Assembly (NCBI RefSeq): GCF_009914755.1
Contig: NC_060925.1
Length of the DNA stretch: 64,000 nucleotides
Reading direction: 5' to 3' (one strand)
Origin: the human T2T-CHM13v2.0 reference genome, Homo sapiens
The position numbers were made by a program, and so were the translations under genes. Shown piece after piece: positions 27,011 through 40,359 of this stretch. Position 1 is the first letter of the stretch; each line of letters begins with the position of its first letter. The notes below the pieces were generated by a model that worked only from the letters and a program-made list of their open reading frames with translations, made no database searches and was not told the origin of the DNA.

Positions 27011-27145
27011 GCCGTGCTTTACAGGGGCCGCGCTTTACAGGGGCCGCGCTTTACAGGGGCCGCGCTTTACAGGGGCCGCGCTTTACAGGGGCCGCGCTTT
27101 ACAGGGGCCGCGCTTTACAGGGGCCGCGCTTTACAGGGGCCGCGC
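27011..27145. repeat. 16-bp GC-rich minisatellite (GCCGCGCTTTACAGGG) x ~8.4 in the core promoter
   Basis: Read directly: one variant unit GCCGTGCTTTACAGGG (27011-27026), seven perfect units (27027-27138) and a 7-nt partial unit. Confidence 0.98.
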
Positions 27146-27199
27146 CGGCGGGGGCGGGATCGCGCGCAAGGCGGGGCTGTAGCCGCCCCGGGACCGCCC

Positions 27200-27279
27200 T
27201 GCTCAGGCGCCGTGGGGTTCGGCGCGGCTACGTGCAGAATCCGTCTAGCTAAAATGTAATTTCAGATTGGACAAGTACT
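27200..27279 (+). other. FGGY: Probable non-coding first exon 1A of FGGY (start approximate)
   Basis: Donor ACT|gtaagt at 27279/27280 just downstream of the GC boxes. The TSS cannot be fixed from sequence alone. Confidence 0.6.
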
Positions 27280-27399
27280 GTAAGTGACCCTCCTCTCAGT
27301 CCCACGTGGGCGCTGGGGGCTTTTGCTGGTGCGCAGGCTCTTAGCGCGCACGCCCAGAAAGAGGCTTCTCCAACCCGGCCCGGCCCTTCCTTCCCCTTT

Positions 27400-27522
27400 C
27401 CCGCAGTCGTTGCCTCCTCCTCCCCTGCCTCCTCCTCCCCTTCCTCCTCCTGGCCGCTTAGTCTCACACCCGCCGGGCCGTTGTTCCCGAGACGTTGTTG
27501 AGTCCCCTGTGTCCTCTTCTGG
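27400..27522 (+). other. FGGY: Probable non-coding first exon 1B of FGGY (start approximate)
   Basis: Donor TGG|gtgagg at 27522/27523 at the 3' edge of the CpG island; would join to the acceptor at 51908. Confidence 0.65.
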
Positions 27523-27912
27523 GTGAGGCGTCCGGCCACTTAAGGGAAGGGAAGGGAAGGGTCGGCCTTGACTGCATCCCCAAGGCTGCCTATTAGGTGT
27601 CTGGAACCCGTGCTGCTTCCTCTCCGATCAGTGCCCACTTATCTGTATTCAGTACTCTTTCTCTCCTCCCCTTACCCTTGTAGGACATTTTCCTGGCATT
27701 TGAGGAGCCTTTAATTCACGTCTGGCTACCGAAGGCATTTTTAGGCTAGTGTTGCTTGTAGATTTAAACGCTTCCAGCACTTGTGATAATGTTTGAGGCA
27801 CAGCTGAGTTTAGATGAGATAATGCTGTTTGGTTACAGTTATCCTGAGTAGAAAGGCCTAGGGATATCTTTTCATTTTTAGCCGTTTCCTTTTTATTTAA
27901 AGATTGACAAGG

Positions 27913-28233
<321 letters not shown>

Positions 28234-28939
28234 TCATCATGGGCTGTTTTCCACTAAAGCACTTCTGTGTCTTAACACAAATTTCTTCCCCGAAGAGTCA
28301 GTCATGACATGACCAAAGTCTGAAAAGCAGTTAATCCTTAGGTTAAATTTTAAAGTATGAGACCAGGAGGGGTGAGGTGCTTATTCTTTTGACTTGTAAA
28401 TCAGAATGAAAGAAGGGAAAGTCTTTTATTTTGTGGCTGTTATTTAAATGGTAGAGTTTTGCTTTGTATAGTTTTTGCTTGCTTTTCCTCTTTTTTTTCT
28501 ATGATCCACCACGTGTATGTCCTGATTTTTTTCCTTTTTAACTTGCTTGCTGGATTTTCCAGCCAGATGACTGCCGCTTGGTCTTCTGGGAGTCTCCTGT
28601 TAATGGGGCCCTCATGCTTGGCTCTTGACCTGATGGCCACTGGCCTGGCTCTTGGAGGACCTCCTAGTGGGAGGCCCAGAGCACTGTTATTAAGGATGAT
28701 TGGGGGAACAGATCAGAGGGGGTCAGCTGGGCCTGGAGATCAATTTTGAGGGGGAGGGAGGTTGGGAGCCTGCCTGGCTGGATTTGGAAGTCAAAACATG
28801 TGTGCTGGGAGAAGGGCATAACCCCAGAGGGTGGAGAGCCATGTCTTTCTGGATAAAATTAATAAGTTTACTGGGAGGAGGCTGGGCCTTCCAGGCTGTG
28901 TTAGTTTTTGTTGTGGGCCTTGGCTTTTCCTGGAATTTG

Positions 28940-29018
28940 GTTCCCTTTCCCTAACCTTTCACTTATTAGTTTAAATAGTTCCCTTTACCTAACCTTTCAC
29001 TTATTGATTTAAATAGTT
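28940..29018. repeat. 38-bp tandem duplication
   Basis: gttccctttccctaacctttcacttattagtttaaata followed by gttccctttacctaacctttcacttattgatttaaata. Confidence 0.9.
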
Positions 29019-29929
29019 TAAATCACAGTCAATTACCAGCTGGTTTTTAAAATAATTTGAGGTAATGAATCTTGCCCTTAATCTCCTAGCCAGAGTGGAA
29101 CCCCCTACCTCCACCCCCAGGGGGATTTGAAATGATTATTTTACCAGAACGTGCTACAGAGATCACTTACCTTCTCACCCGCCCACCTTTTTATAATGGA
29201 GGGACATAGAATCAACCCAGGTGGTGTCAGAGATCATCCAAATCAGTTCTTCATGTATTCATTTGTTCACTCATCTTGTCCACATACTTTGGGCCCAGAA
29301 CTGTGGTAGTCTCTGGGAAAGTGCAGATGAGTAAGACTTGGTCTCTGCTTTCAAGCTTTCATCCAGTTTGCTTCAATCCACTTTGATGAGGGAGATTATG
29401 TGATAGTGAGATGAGTACATTGAAAAGGTATGCCGAAGACTCCCAGGAGTTGAGAGAAGGGCAAATGGCTCAACATGGGGAAGCCATTTGGGGAGGACTT
29501 CCCAGAAGGGAATACTGGAGCCGAGTTCCAAAGCCTAAGTATGAGTGGGCTGGAGAAAGAGCGAGGGATTATATGAACCGGGAACAGCATGTGCAGAACT
29601 ACACAAGCATGGCACATGGTTGATTAGGATGGCTGTGCAGGAAAGGATAAGTTGGAAAAAATCACCTGACAGGAGGCTGGGGAGGGTGAAGGCCAGGTCA
29701 GGAAGGGTCTGGTGAATCATCTTAGGGGAGTTTGAAATATATCTCCAGGGCAAACAGTGATACATACTCTCAGGTTTATGTTATAGAAAATTAATTCTGG
29801 CTGCAGTTTGGAGAATGAATTGGATTGGCGAAGCCCGGAGAGAGGTAATTGTAGTAATATAGGTGAGAGACGTGTTAGGGTAATAGTTATGGGAGTGGAG
29901 AGAGATTAGGAAAATAGAATGGTTAGGAA

Positions 29930-30410
29930 TGTTATAAAGGTTCAGTGCCACAAAAGAAATAGCACTTGAATATCAAATTTTCTTTTTTCTTCTCAGCAAG
30001 GCCATTTACTTCTATAGAAGGGTGCGCCCTCACAGATGGAGCAATGGTGAGCGCACACCTGGACAAGGGTGGGGGGGCGGGTCTTATGCCTGACGCACGT
30101 GGCCCCTGTTGCTGTGTCGTTCCCCTATTGGCTAGGGTTAGACTGCACAGGCTAAACTAATTCCAATTGGCTAATTTAAAGAGAGTGACGATGTGAGTGG
30201 TTTGGCGGGAAAAATGGTTATGGCAGAGCAGGAAATCGGAATGAGTCAGGGTGGAGAATGAGCAGGTAATCGGAATGAGTCAGTGAGTCTGGGTGGAGCA
30301 GGTGATCGAAAAAGCTTGCTTTATGAGGACGTTAAATTTAAAAGTAGAAAAGAATTGAACATACTGACATATTGATTCTTTGAAGAGAAATTTAGAGCTC
30401 ATATCTAATG
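29930..30410 (-). mobile_element. LTR10-family solo LTR (LTR10F-like, HERV-I group) inserted in an L2 fragment
   Basis: Minus strand begins ttagatatgagctctaaatttctcttcaaagaatcaatatgtcagtatgttcaattc; repeated CCACCCTGACTCATTCCGATT units. Confidence 0.85.
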
Positions 30411-32077
30411 GAAATTAATTACTGACTGAATGTAGGGATAAGAAGGAATGTAGTCATCAGTAGGTGTTCTTGAGTGGGCTATTTTGTAGCAGCTTTAGTG
30501 AGGAATAACTGACATCCAGTAAACTACGTATTGAGAGTGTCTAATTGGAGAAGTTTTGTTATATGCATATATCTATGAAAACCATCATGACCATCAAAAG
30601 AACATACCTAATAACCCCAAAGATTGCTTGTGCCCTTTTTAATTCCTCTTTGTATACCCCCTAAGGTAAAGTATGTATTCAATCTTTCGTCCATTTTAAA
30701 AAATGAGCCTTTTATTTTCTTTTTATTGAGCTTTGAGAATTCTTTATTCTTATCATAAGTTCTTTATCACGTGTAACTTGCAGATATTTTCTTATTTTGA
30801 TGCTTGTCTCAACAGTGTCTTTTGAAAGCAGAGTTCTTAATTTTGATGAAGTCTAATTTATAATTTGGTTAAATAAATGTTACCAATCTGAATTATAATG
30901 GATCATGCTTTTTGTGTTTTATCTAAGATATCTTTGCTTAACCTAAGGTCTCAAATATTCTTCCTATTTTTAAAAGAAGTTTTGTCATTTTTGGTTTTAT
31001 ATTAAATCTGTGATCATTTTAAGGTAATTTTTGTATAGGACATGAAATATGGAATCAAGTTTTTTTTTTGCATATGGCTATCCAGTTCCAGCACTGTTTG
31101 CTGAAAAGCCTATCTTCATTGAATTGCCTTTGCACCTTTGTTCAAAAATCAATTTACCATGTATACATTGGCCCAATTTTGTGTTTTATTTTGTTCAGTT
31201 GATCTCTTGTCTATTTTAATGCGAACACCACATAGTCTTATAAATACAGCTTTGTAATAAGTACTGAAATCAGGTAGTATAAGTCCTTTAATTTTGTTCT
31301 TTTTAAAATTTGTTTTGATTATTCTAGGTTCTATTTCCATATGAATTTTATAATCACTTTGTCCATTTCAAAATAAGGCCTATTTAGATTTTAACTGGAA
31401 TTGTATTGAATGTATACATTAATTTGGGGGGAGAATTGACATTTGAAATACCAAGTCTTCTGACCCGTGGACACAGTATATCTGTTCATTTATTTAAGTC
31501 TTCCTTATTTCTCTAGGCAATGTTTTGTAGCTCTCAATATGTAGGTCTTACACATCTTTGTTGGATTATCTGTAGGTATTTCCTATTTTTTGATGATATT
31601 GTAAATGATATTAAAATTTTATGTATTTTAAAAATTTATTTTCCAGTTGTTTTCTTGTTACTGGTATATTGATTGTGTATCCTGAAATCTTGCTCATGTG
31701 CTTATTATTTCTAAGAGCATTTTTGTAGATGCCATCAGATTTTCTATTTAGGTGATCCTGTCATCTGTAAATAAAGATAGTTTTACTTCCTTTCCGATGA
31801 GATTGCCTTTTATTTTTCTTGCTGTATTCCACTAGCCAGAACCATTGCTTTGCATAGAACTGATGAGAGCTGACATCTTGCCTTCTTCCTGATCTGAGGG
31901 AGATGCATTCATTTTTTCATTATTAAGTATGATGCATGATGCTAGTTGTATATCTTTTGTAGATATGCTTTATTAGGTTTAGGAAGTTTCATTGTATTCC
32001 TACTTTACTGAGAATTTTTTTAAAGGAATAATGGAAGTTGTAATTTTGTTGTTTTTCCTATAACTGTTGTGATCATT

Positions 32078-32406
<329 letters not shown>

Positions 32407-32734
32407 TGATCATTTATATTTTTAAAAAAGATTCTTAATGTGGTGAATTACATTTATTGGTTTTTTTTTCCAATGTTAAATCTTGTGTTCCTGAGATAAA
32501 CCCTATTGGTCAGGGCATATTATCCTTTTTTTATATTGCTGAATTTTATTAGCTGAAGTTTGAAGAATTTTTGTATCCATCCTTATGATGGATATTGATC
32601 TATAGTTTTCTTGTATCAGCTAAATACCTGACCTCTCGGTAAATCTGGCCTCGTAGAATGAATTAGGAAGTATTTCTTCCATTTTGATTTTTTCTGGAAG
32701 AGATTATGTAGAATTGGTATTTTTGTTTCTTAAA

Positions 32735-33095
32735 TGTTATTGCAGCACTATTCACAATAGCAAAGACATGGAATCAGTCTAAATGCCGGTCAATGGTAGA
32801 TTGGATAAAGAAAATGTGGTACATATGCACCATGGAATACTATGCAGCCATAAAAAAGAACATGATCATGTCCTTTACAGCAGCATGGATGGAGCAAGCT
32901 GGAGAACATTATCCTGAGCCAGCTAACACAGAAACAGAAAACCAAAAATACTGCATGTTCTCACTTATAAGTGAGAGCTAAACAATGAGAACAAATGGAC
33001 ACAAAGAGGGGAACAACAGACACTGAGATCTACTTGAGGGTTAGATCTACTTGAGGGGGTAGGAGGAAAGAGGATTAGAAAAAAAAATAATTTAT
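32735..33095 (+). mobile_element. L1PA/PB 3'UTR fragment
   Basis: DWIKKMWYICTMEYYAAIKKN ORF2 C-terminus followed by 3'UTR. Confidence 0.85.
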
Positions 33096-33351
33096 TAATA
33101 TAAAAAATGCAAACCTAAAGTATTTAAATAAAATTGAACTTTATTCAGTTTGTTGAAAGTTTAATTGAATCTTATTAAATAAGTTTTAAAAAATAAAGCC
33201 ATTCACAATTCCAAAAAAAACCCCAAAAAACCCTGTTTAGTAGGATTCACTAGTGAAGCCATCAGGGCCTGGAGTTGTTGTTTTGGGGGCAGGAGGTTAA
33301 ATACAAAGTCGTTTGATTACATAGATATAGGATTGTTCAGGTTATCTATTT

Positions 33352-36040
33352 CCTTTTTCCCCCAGCTTTATTGAGGTATGACTGATGAGTAAAAATTGTA
33401 CATGCTCAAGGTGTGCAACGCAATTTGATATACATTGTGAAATGATTACCACAATCAAGCTAATTATATCCATCACCTCATGTACTCTTTCTTGGTGTGG
33501 TGAGAACACTTAAGATTTACTCTCTTAGCACATTTTAAGTATACAGTAAATTATCAACTGTAATCACTATGTTGTACATTAGATCTCCAGAATTTTTCTA
33601 ATAACTGAAAGTTTGTATTCTTTGGCCAACATTTCCCCATTTCCTCAATCCCTGGTAACCACCATTCTCCTCTCTGCTTTAATGAGTTGGACTTTTTTAG
33701 ATTCTTCATATAAGGAATATCATGCAGTGTTTGTCTTTCTGTTTTTGGCTTATTTCAATAGGATGTTGTACTCTTAAGTTCATCCGTATTGTGGCAAATG
33801 GCAGGAATCTTTAAGACTGAATAATATTCCATTGTGTATATATGTATGACATTTTCATTATCCATTCACCCATCTGTGGACATTAAGGTTGTTTTCATAT
33901 CTTAGTTATTGTGAGTAATGCTGCAATGAACATGGGAGTACAGCTATTACACCAAGTAGTGATTTCATTTCTTTTGGATATATATCCAGAAGTAAGATTA
34001 CTATATCATATGGTAGTTCTATTTTTATTATTTTGAGGAACTTCTGTACTGTTTGCCATAATGCTGTACCAATTTACATTCCTACCAACAGTGTACAATG
34101 GTTCCCTTTTCTCCATATTCTCATCAATACTTATTCTTTGACTTTTGATAATAGCTATCCTAATAGGTATGAAGTGATTTCTCATTGTGCTTTTGATTTA
34201 CACTTTGCTGATGATTAGTCATGGGTGAGCACGTTTTCATATACCTATTAGGCATTTGTATGTCATCTTTGGGAAAATGTCTATTCGAGTTCTTTGCCCA
34301 TTAAAAAAAATTAAGTTACTTGAGTTGTATACATTTTTAAAAATATATTTTGGATTTTAAGCCCTTATTGGGATATATGATTTGTAAATATTTTCTCTTT
34401 TAGAGGTTGCTTTTTCATTTTCTCGATTGTTTCCTTTGCTGTGCAGAAACTTTGATGTAGCCTCACTTGTTTATTTTTGCTTTTATTGCTCATGCTTTTG
34501 ATGTCATATCCAAAAAATCATAGCCAAGACCAATGTCGAGGAGTTTTTTGTCGTTTTCTTCTAGGAGTTTTAATGTTGCAGGTCTTATGTTTACAACTGT
34601 AATCCATTTTGAGTTGATTTTTGTGTATAGTATAAGGGTTCAATTTCATTCTTTCGCATGTGACTATCCAGTTTTTCCAACACCATTTATTCAAGAGACT
34701 TCCTTTTCCCCATTGTGTTTTTGTTGCTTTTGTCAAAGGGTAGTTGATTGTATATGAGTAGTTTATTTCTGGGTTTTCTATTGGTTCCATTAGTGTATAT
34801 GTCTCTTTTTATTCCAGCACCATATTGTTATGATTATTATAGCTTTGTAATATAATTTGAAATTGGGAAGTGTGATGTCTCCAGCTTTGTTCTTTCCCAA
34901 GATTGCTTTAGCTATTTGGAGTTTTTTGTGGTTCCATATGAATTTTAGGATTGTTTTTCTCTATTTTTTTTTTAAATGCCATTGGTATTTTGATAGAAAT
35001 TACTTTGAATCTGCAGATCACTTTGAGTAGTATGGTTATTTTAGCAATATTATTTCTACCAGTCTGTGAACATGGATATGTTTCCATTTATTTGTGTCTT
35101 CTTCAGTTTCTTTCATCATAGGTTTATAGTTTTCAATATACAAATCTTTCACCTCCTTGGTAAATTTTTTCCTAAGTACTTTTTCCTTTTTGATGCCCTT
35201 CTAAGTGAGATTGTTAATTTCTTTTTGGGGTAGTTCATTGTTAGTGAATAGAAATGCGGCTGCTTTTTGTTATGTTGATTTTTTATTCTACAGCTTTATT
35301 GATTTAATTTATTAGTTCTAACAGTTTTTTGGAGTCTTTGGGTGGTTTTCTATATATAATATCATGTCATCTGTAAACAGACAATGTTATCCCTTCCTTT
35401 CCAATCTGGATGCCTTTCATTTAGTTTTCTTTTGTAATTGCTCTAGCTAGGACTTCCAATACTGTGCTGAATAGTAGTGGTAAGAGTGGGCATTCTCTCT
35501 TGTTCCTGATCTTAAAGGAAAAGCTTTCGGCTTTTTGATGTTGAGTATCATATTGGCTTTGGGCTTGTCATATATAGTCTGTATAATGTTGAGGTGGATT
35601 CCTTCTATATCTAATTTGTGATAGTTTTTATTGTGAAAGTATGTTGAATTTTGTCAAATGCTTTTGCAGAATCTATTGAGATGATAGTATTTTTATCCTT
35701 TGTTCTGTGAATGTAGTGTATCACATTTATTGATTTGCATATGTTGAACCATCCTTGCATTACAAGGATAGTTACTTACTTGATCATGGTGAATGATCTT
35801 CTTAATGTGCTGTTGAATTTGGTTTGCTAGTATTTTATTGGGGATTTTTGCATCTGTGTTCATTGTGGATATTGGCCTGTAATTATCTTTTCTCATAATG
35901 TCCTTGTCTAGCTTTAGTTTAAGGGTAATGGTAATGCTGGCCTCATAAAATGAGTGTGGAAGTATTCCTTCCTCTTTAATTTTTTATAAGAGTTCAAGAA
36001 GAATTTTATTAATTGTTTAAATGCTTGGTAGAATTTATAC
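33352..36040 (-). mobile_element. L1MA-type element (3'UTR + ORF2 part)
   Basis: cagctttattgaggtat 3' end; ORF2 motifs NKWCWKNW and [33 protein letters not shown]. Confidence 0.88.
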
Positions 36041-37403
36041 TCTACCCAATTCCCTCTGAGTTATGAGGCTTTCTACTCTGGCTGTTATGAATAGAACTAT
36101 TCCTGGCCTTATGTGAAGCCCACTGATTTGTTCTCTCTAATCCTTTTTGGTGCTTCTGCCTCAGATTGTTTTCACATATAGATGCATTAGTACGGATGAT
36201 TAGTACTCTCCTGAATACTTGGGGAGTACCTTTGCAATTCTCTGGCATTCTTCTTCTGTGCAGCTCTCTCCTCTCTTGCCCAAGATTCTAGCCTTTTTGT
36301 TCTCCACAGACTTTCAGCTCTGTCTCCTCAACTCAGGGAGACTGCTGGGCTTGGCCTGTGTTCATCCTTTTTGTGCCACAATCTGCAGACATATCCCAGG
36401 GATTAAACTTGAGCCATTGAAGGACTTATCTCATTTTTTCCCATCTCTGTGTGATTACTCTGTTGCCTGATGTCCAATGTCATGAGAATCTTTGTTTTCT
36501 ATTTTTTTCCCCATTGTTTTAAGCAGGGAGGTAAATATGGTTCCTGTCACTACATCTTGGCTGGAATTGGAAGCATTCAACTAGAATTTTTGAGGAAAAT
36601 ATAAATAAGGGACTATCTAAAGATGTGAGGAGGGGATTTTTGAGGTACTCAGATACCAATAATAAAGGGGAACTTTTACCACTTCAAGGTGCTAAGAGCA
36701 TGGTGAAGGAAGTATATCAGAGGGAAAAACATAAGCTATAACTAAATTAGGATAATTTTCAATAAAAGAACTATTGAGTAAGTGAGGGCAGCCTGAATGC
36801 CTGGGTCTAGTAACAGTAAGACTGTTACATCCTTAGACCCAAAGGGGTGAGGGAAGGACTGGTTACCAGAACCCAAAAGGAGAAATCGTGTGGAGAAGCC
36901 TGCCTGGAGAGGATCTGTTATTTTAGCCCAAGAGAAGCAGCTGGCCCAGGCCAACTCTACAGGAAAAGAGGCCTGACCTTACTCTTCTCCTTCCTTTGAG
37001 GCTTCAGCTAGAGCTCTCCATTGCTCAAACCCAACTAGAAGACAGAGGATTAGAGAGTCTTGGAGATCCAGATTATTGTCCCCAGGACAGATAGCAGGGA
37101 GGGAAGGTAGAGAATGGATATGTAGTTGGGGAAGAATATACAGTGACATATGTATAGAGTGCACTTAGGAAGGATAGGAAAATCAAATAAAAATTGTTCA
37201 GGCTAAATATATTACCAGTCCCTTAACCATCTAGATTTGGGGCTGAGCTACACTGAAATCCATTGCAGATTATGCTGAGAGCTGAATAGCTTGGATTCTG
37301 CTAAACAGGCTATGGGAGAGAGATTAAGAAAGGACTCGGTTGCTGACTGGATATTGCAAGATGAAAATTGAGAAGAAGACAAAGTCTATAAAATGAAGAA
37401 TGA

Positions 37404-37767
<364 letters not shown>

Positions 37768-38921
37768 TTATGTGGCAGCTTTGACATTTGAATAAGGCTA
37801 TTGTTAGGATCTTTAAAAAATTGTCATGTGACATAGTAGAAAGAACATAGGATTGAAATCCTTCTCTGTTATTCACTGACTCTATGACCCTGACAGGTGA
37901 CCTAACTGCTCAGAACCTTGGTTTCCCATCTAAAAGTTGCAGAAAAGATTAGCAAGGCCATCTGGTAAGTCACTGGCACCACATCTTGCACAGAGTAAAT
38001 GTTCATAAGAAATTTATTGATGTAAGATGAGGGTTGGCTCAAAATATAAGTAAGTCTAAAAAGCATTTGGATTCATGTGAAGCTACATATTGATAAAACA
38101 CAGATAACACTAATTCTAGTGAACCCTTAAGGGAAGAATAGTGTATTTGACAAGGATTACCTCAAAATTCCCCTTCAAAGACAGTTTGTGAAGAAGCCCC
38201 AGCTCCCTTTCCCTTCTCCCTTAAAAAGCAGATTATTTTTTATGTTAGTTAGAACAAACTATAGATAGTTTGTTCCTATCAAGAACAACTTATCCTTGTC
38301 AGAGATTGGATGCTGGGCTGGATGGGCCAGTGATGTGTCCCAGCATGTGTTGCATCCAGGGGGTCTCCAGGAAGGGAGAGGGAAAAGGAAGACTTCCTGT
38401 GTGCTTACCGTGTGCAGCTAGCCCAGCTTACCTCATCTCCATGCAGTGTCATGTAGAAACATGGGTGACTGAAGATCATTCTAGTTAAGTATGGTCAGTG
38501 CCTCTTAATGCTGCTGCTTCTCTTTTTATTTTAGAAAACCATGTCATGGAGGAAAATTACAGGAACTTAAAATGTATAGCATGGAGAAAAGAAGACCCAA
38601 CAGGAGGTCATGAGAGTCATCTTAAAACATTTGAAAGGGTAGCCCATGTATAAGGGTAAAAAAGGCTGTTTGGATGATCCTTTGGGATAAAAATTAGGAC
38701 TAGAGGGTAGGAGCTATACTAAGCACAGTTCAACTCAATACAGAGAAGGTCTTCCTTCCTATTACTGTAATAGCTGCTCATTGAGAACATTCAGACAGCA
38801 CAGAGAGGGACAGGTAAATGGCCTCCAAACCTCCACTATATTTCTTTTTGCTGGATGTCATTGCAGTAAGCAGGTTTTGTGTGTGTTTCCTGAAATCTTT
38901 TATGATAGGTCTTTATACAAT

Positions 38922-39143
38922 ACAGTGGTTCTCAAACTCTAGCATCCATCGGAATCACCTGGAGGCCTTTTTAAAGCACAGACTGCTGAACCCCACCCCA
39001 GTGTTTCTGAGTCACTGGAGCTGGAAGGGGGCCTGACTTTGAATTTCTACCAAGTTCCCTGGTGATACTAATGCTGCTGCTCTTCTAGAGACCACGAATG
39101 GCCCTGTTAAAATTTGAGAAAATAAAAGTTTGAGAACCACTGT
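38922..39143. mobile_element. MER5A-like hAT MITE
   Basis: Inverted ends cagtggttctcaaact / agtttgagaaccactg; internal gaatcacctggag. Confidence 0.85.
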
Positions 39144-40022
39144 ATTGCATGAAGAAAATAGAGCTTTTGCTCTATTCTTTATTAAAAAATAATACAAATG
39201 GCATCATACTGTATCATCCAAGAACTTGCTTTTTTAGTTAATAATATATAATTAGCAGCTTTCTTTTTTTCTCATTCAACAGCTACTGATGTATCAATTT
39301 TAGAAGTCCCCTATTAATAATCATTTAATTTGCTTCTAGAGTGTTTGTGGATATGTTCTTGCCTTTACAAAAAAAGGTTGTGGTGGATTTTTTTTGTATC
39401 TTTTTGATGAGTCAGTGCATAAATTCTTAGAAGATAAATTCTTAGAAGTTAAACTGTTGGGTAAAAGACTTGATTTTAAAAATGGATAGATAGTACTAAA
39501 TTATTCTATCAAAGATAGAATCACTTTTCTATGAAAAGTGTATGAAACAGCCTGTTTCCCACACTTTTGCCAAGTGGGTATTATCAAAATTTTCCAGTTC
39601 CTGTTTGTTAGGTGTAAAATTATATCTTAGTGTTGTTTTGATTTATATTCCTACACTATTTGTCAGTTGAAAGATTCCTATGTATTTATTTTTCTATGAA
39701 CTATAAGTTTGTATTCTTTGCATTACAGGTAGAGGGAACAGTATGAACAAAAGCACCAAGCCTTCCTTTGAATAGTTTCTAGTAGTTTTGTAGCATTGAA
39801 GTACGAAGGTTGAGGTTAGGGAGAGAGGCAGGGAGCTAAGGTTAGAAAGTCAGGCAGGGGCCTGAGCTTAGAGGTCCTTTTGGGTCAAATAAAGATATTG
39901 GGCTTTATTTTGGGCAGAAGAAGCATTGGTGCTGTTTAAGCTTGTACTTTGGTTCGTGGTACTTTTGACAGAGCCATGTTTGTGGAATGGTCAAGTCTAA
40001 TGTTTAATCTTCAAATAATTCA

Positions 40023-40359
<337 letters not shown>

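Larger units (their letters stand above)
26750..27550 (+). promoter_or_regulatory. FGGY: CpG-island promoter of FGGY
   Basis: Only non-Alu CpG-dense, GC-rich segment in the window. CCAAT at 26978-26982 and 27003-27007; GC boxes GGGGCGGGA at 27151-27159 and GGCGGGGC at ~27170; no TATA; followed by consensus splice donors. Confidence 0.9.

Noticed and set aside
27011-27145. Tandem array as a CRISPR-like or iteron array
   Set aside because: Units are contiguous with no spacers, there are no cas or rep genes, and the context is a mammalian CpG island.
27249-27539. Acidic and proline-rich ORFs on both strands in the CpG island
   Set aside because: Products of a CCT-rich low-complexity tract; non-ATG starts and no homology.
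38919-39146. 20-bp perfect inverted repeat as a novel hairpin RNA
   Set aside because: Explained by the terminal inverted repeats of a MER5A-like MITE.
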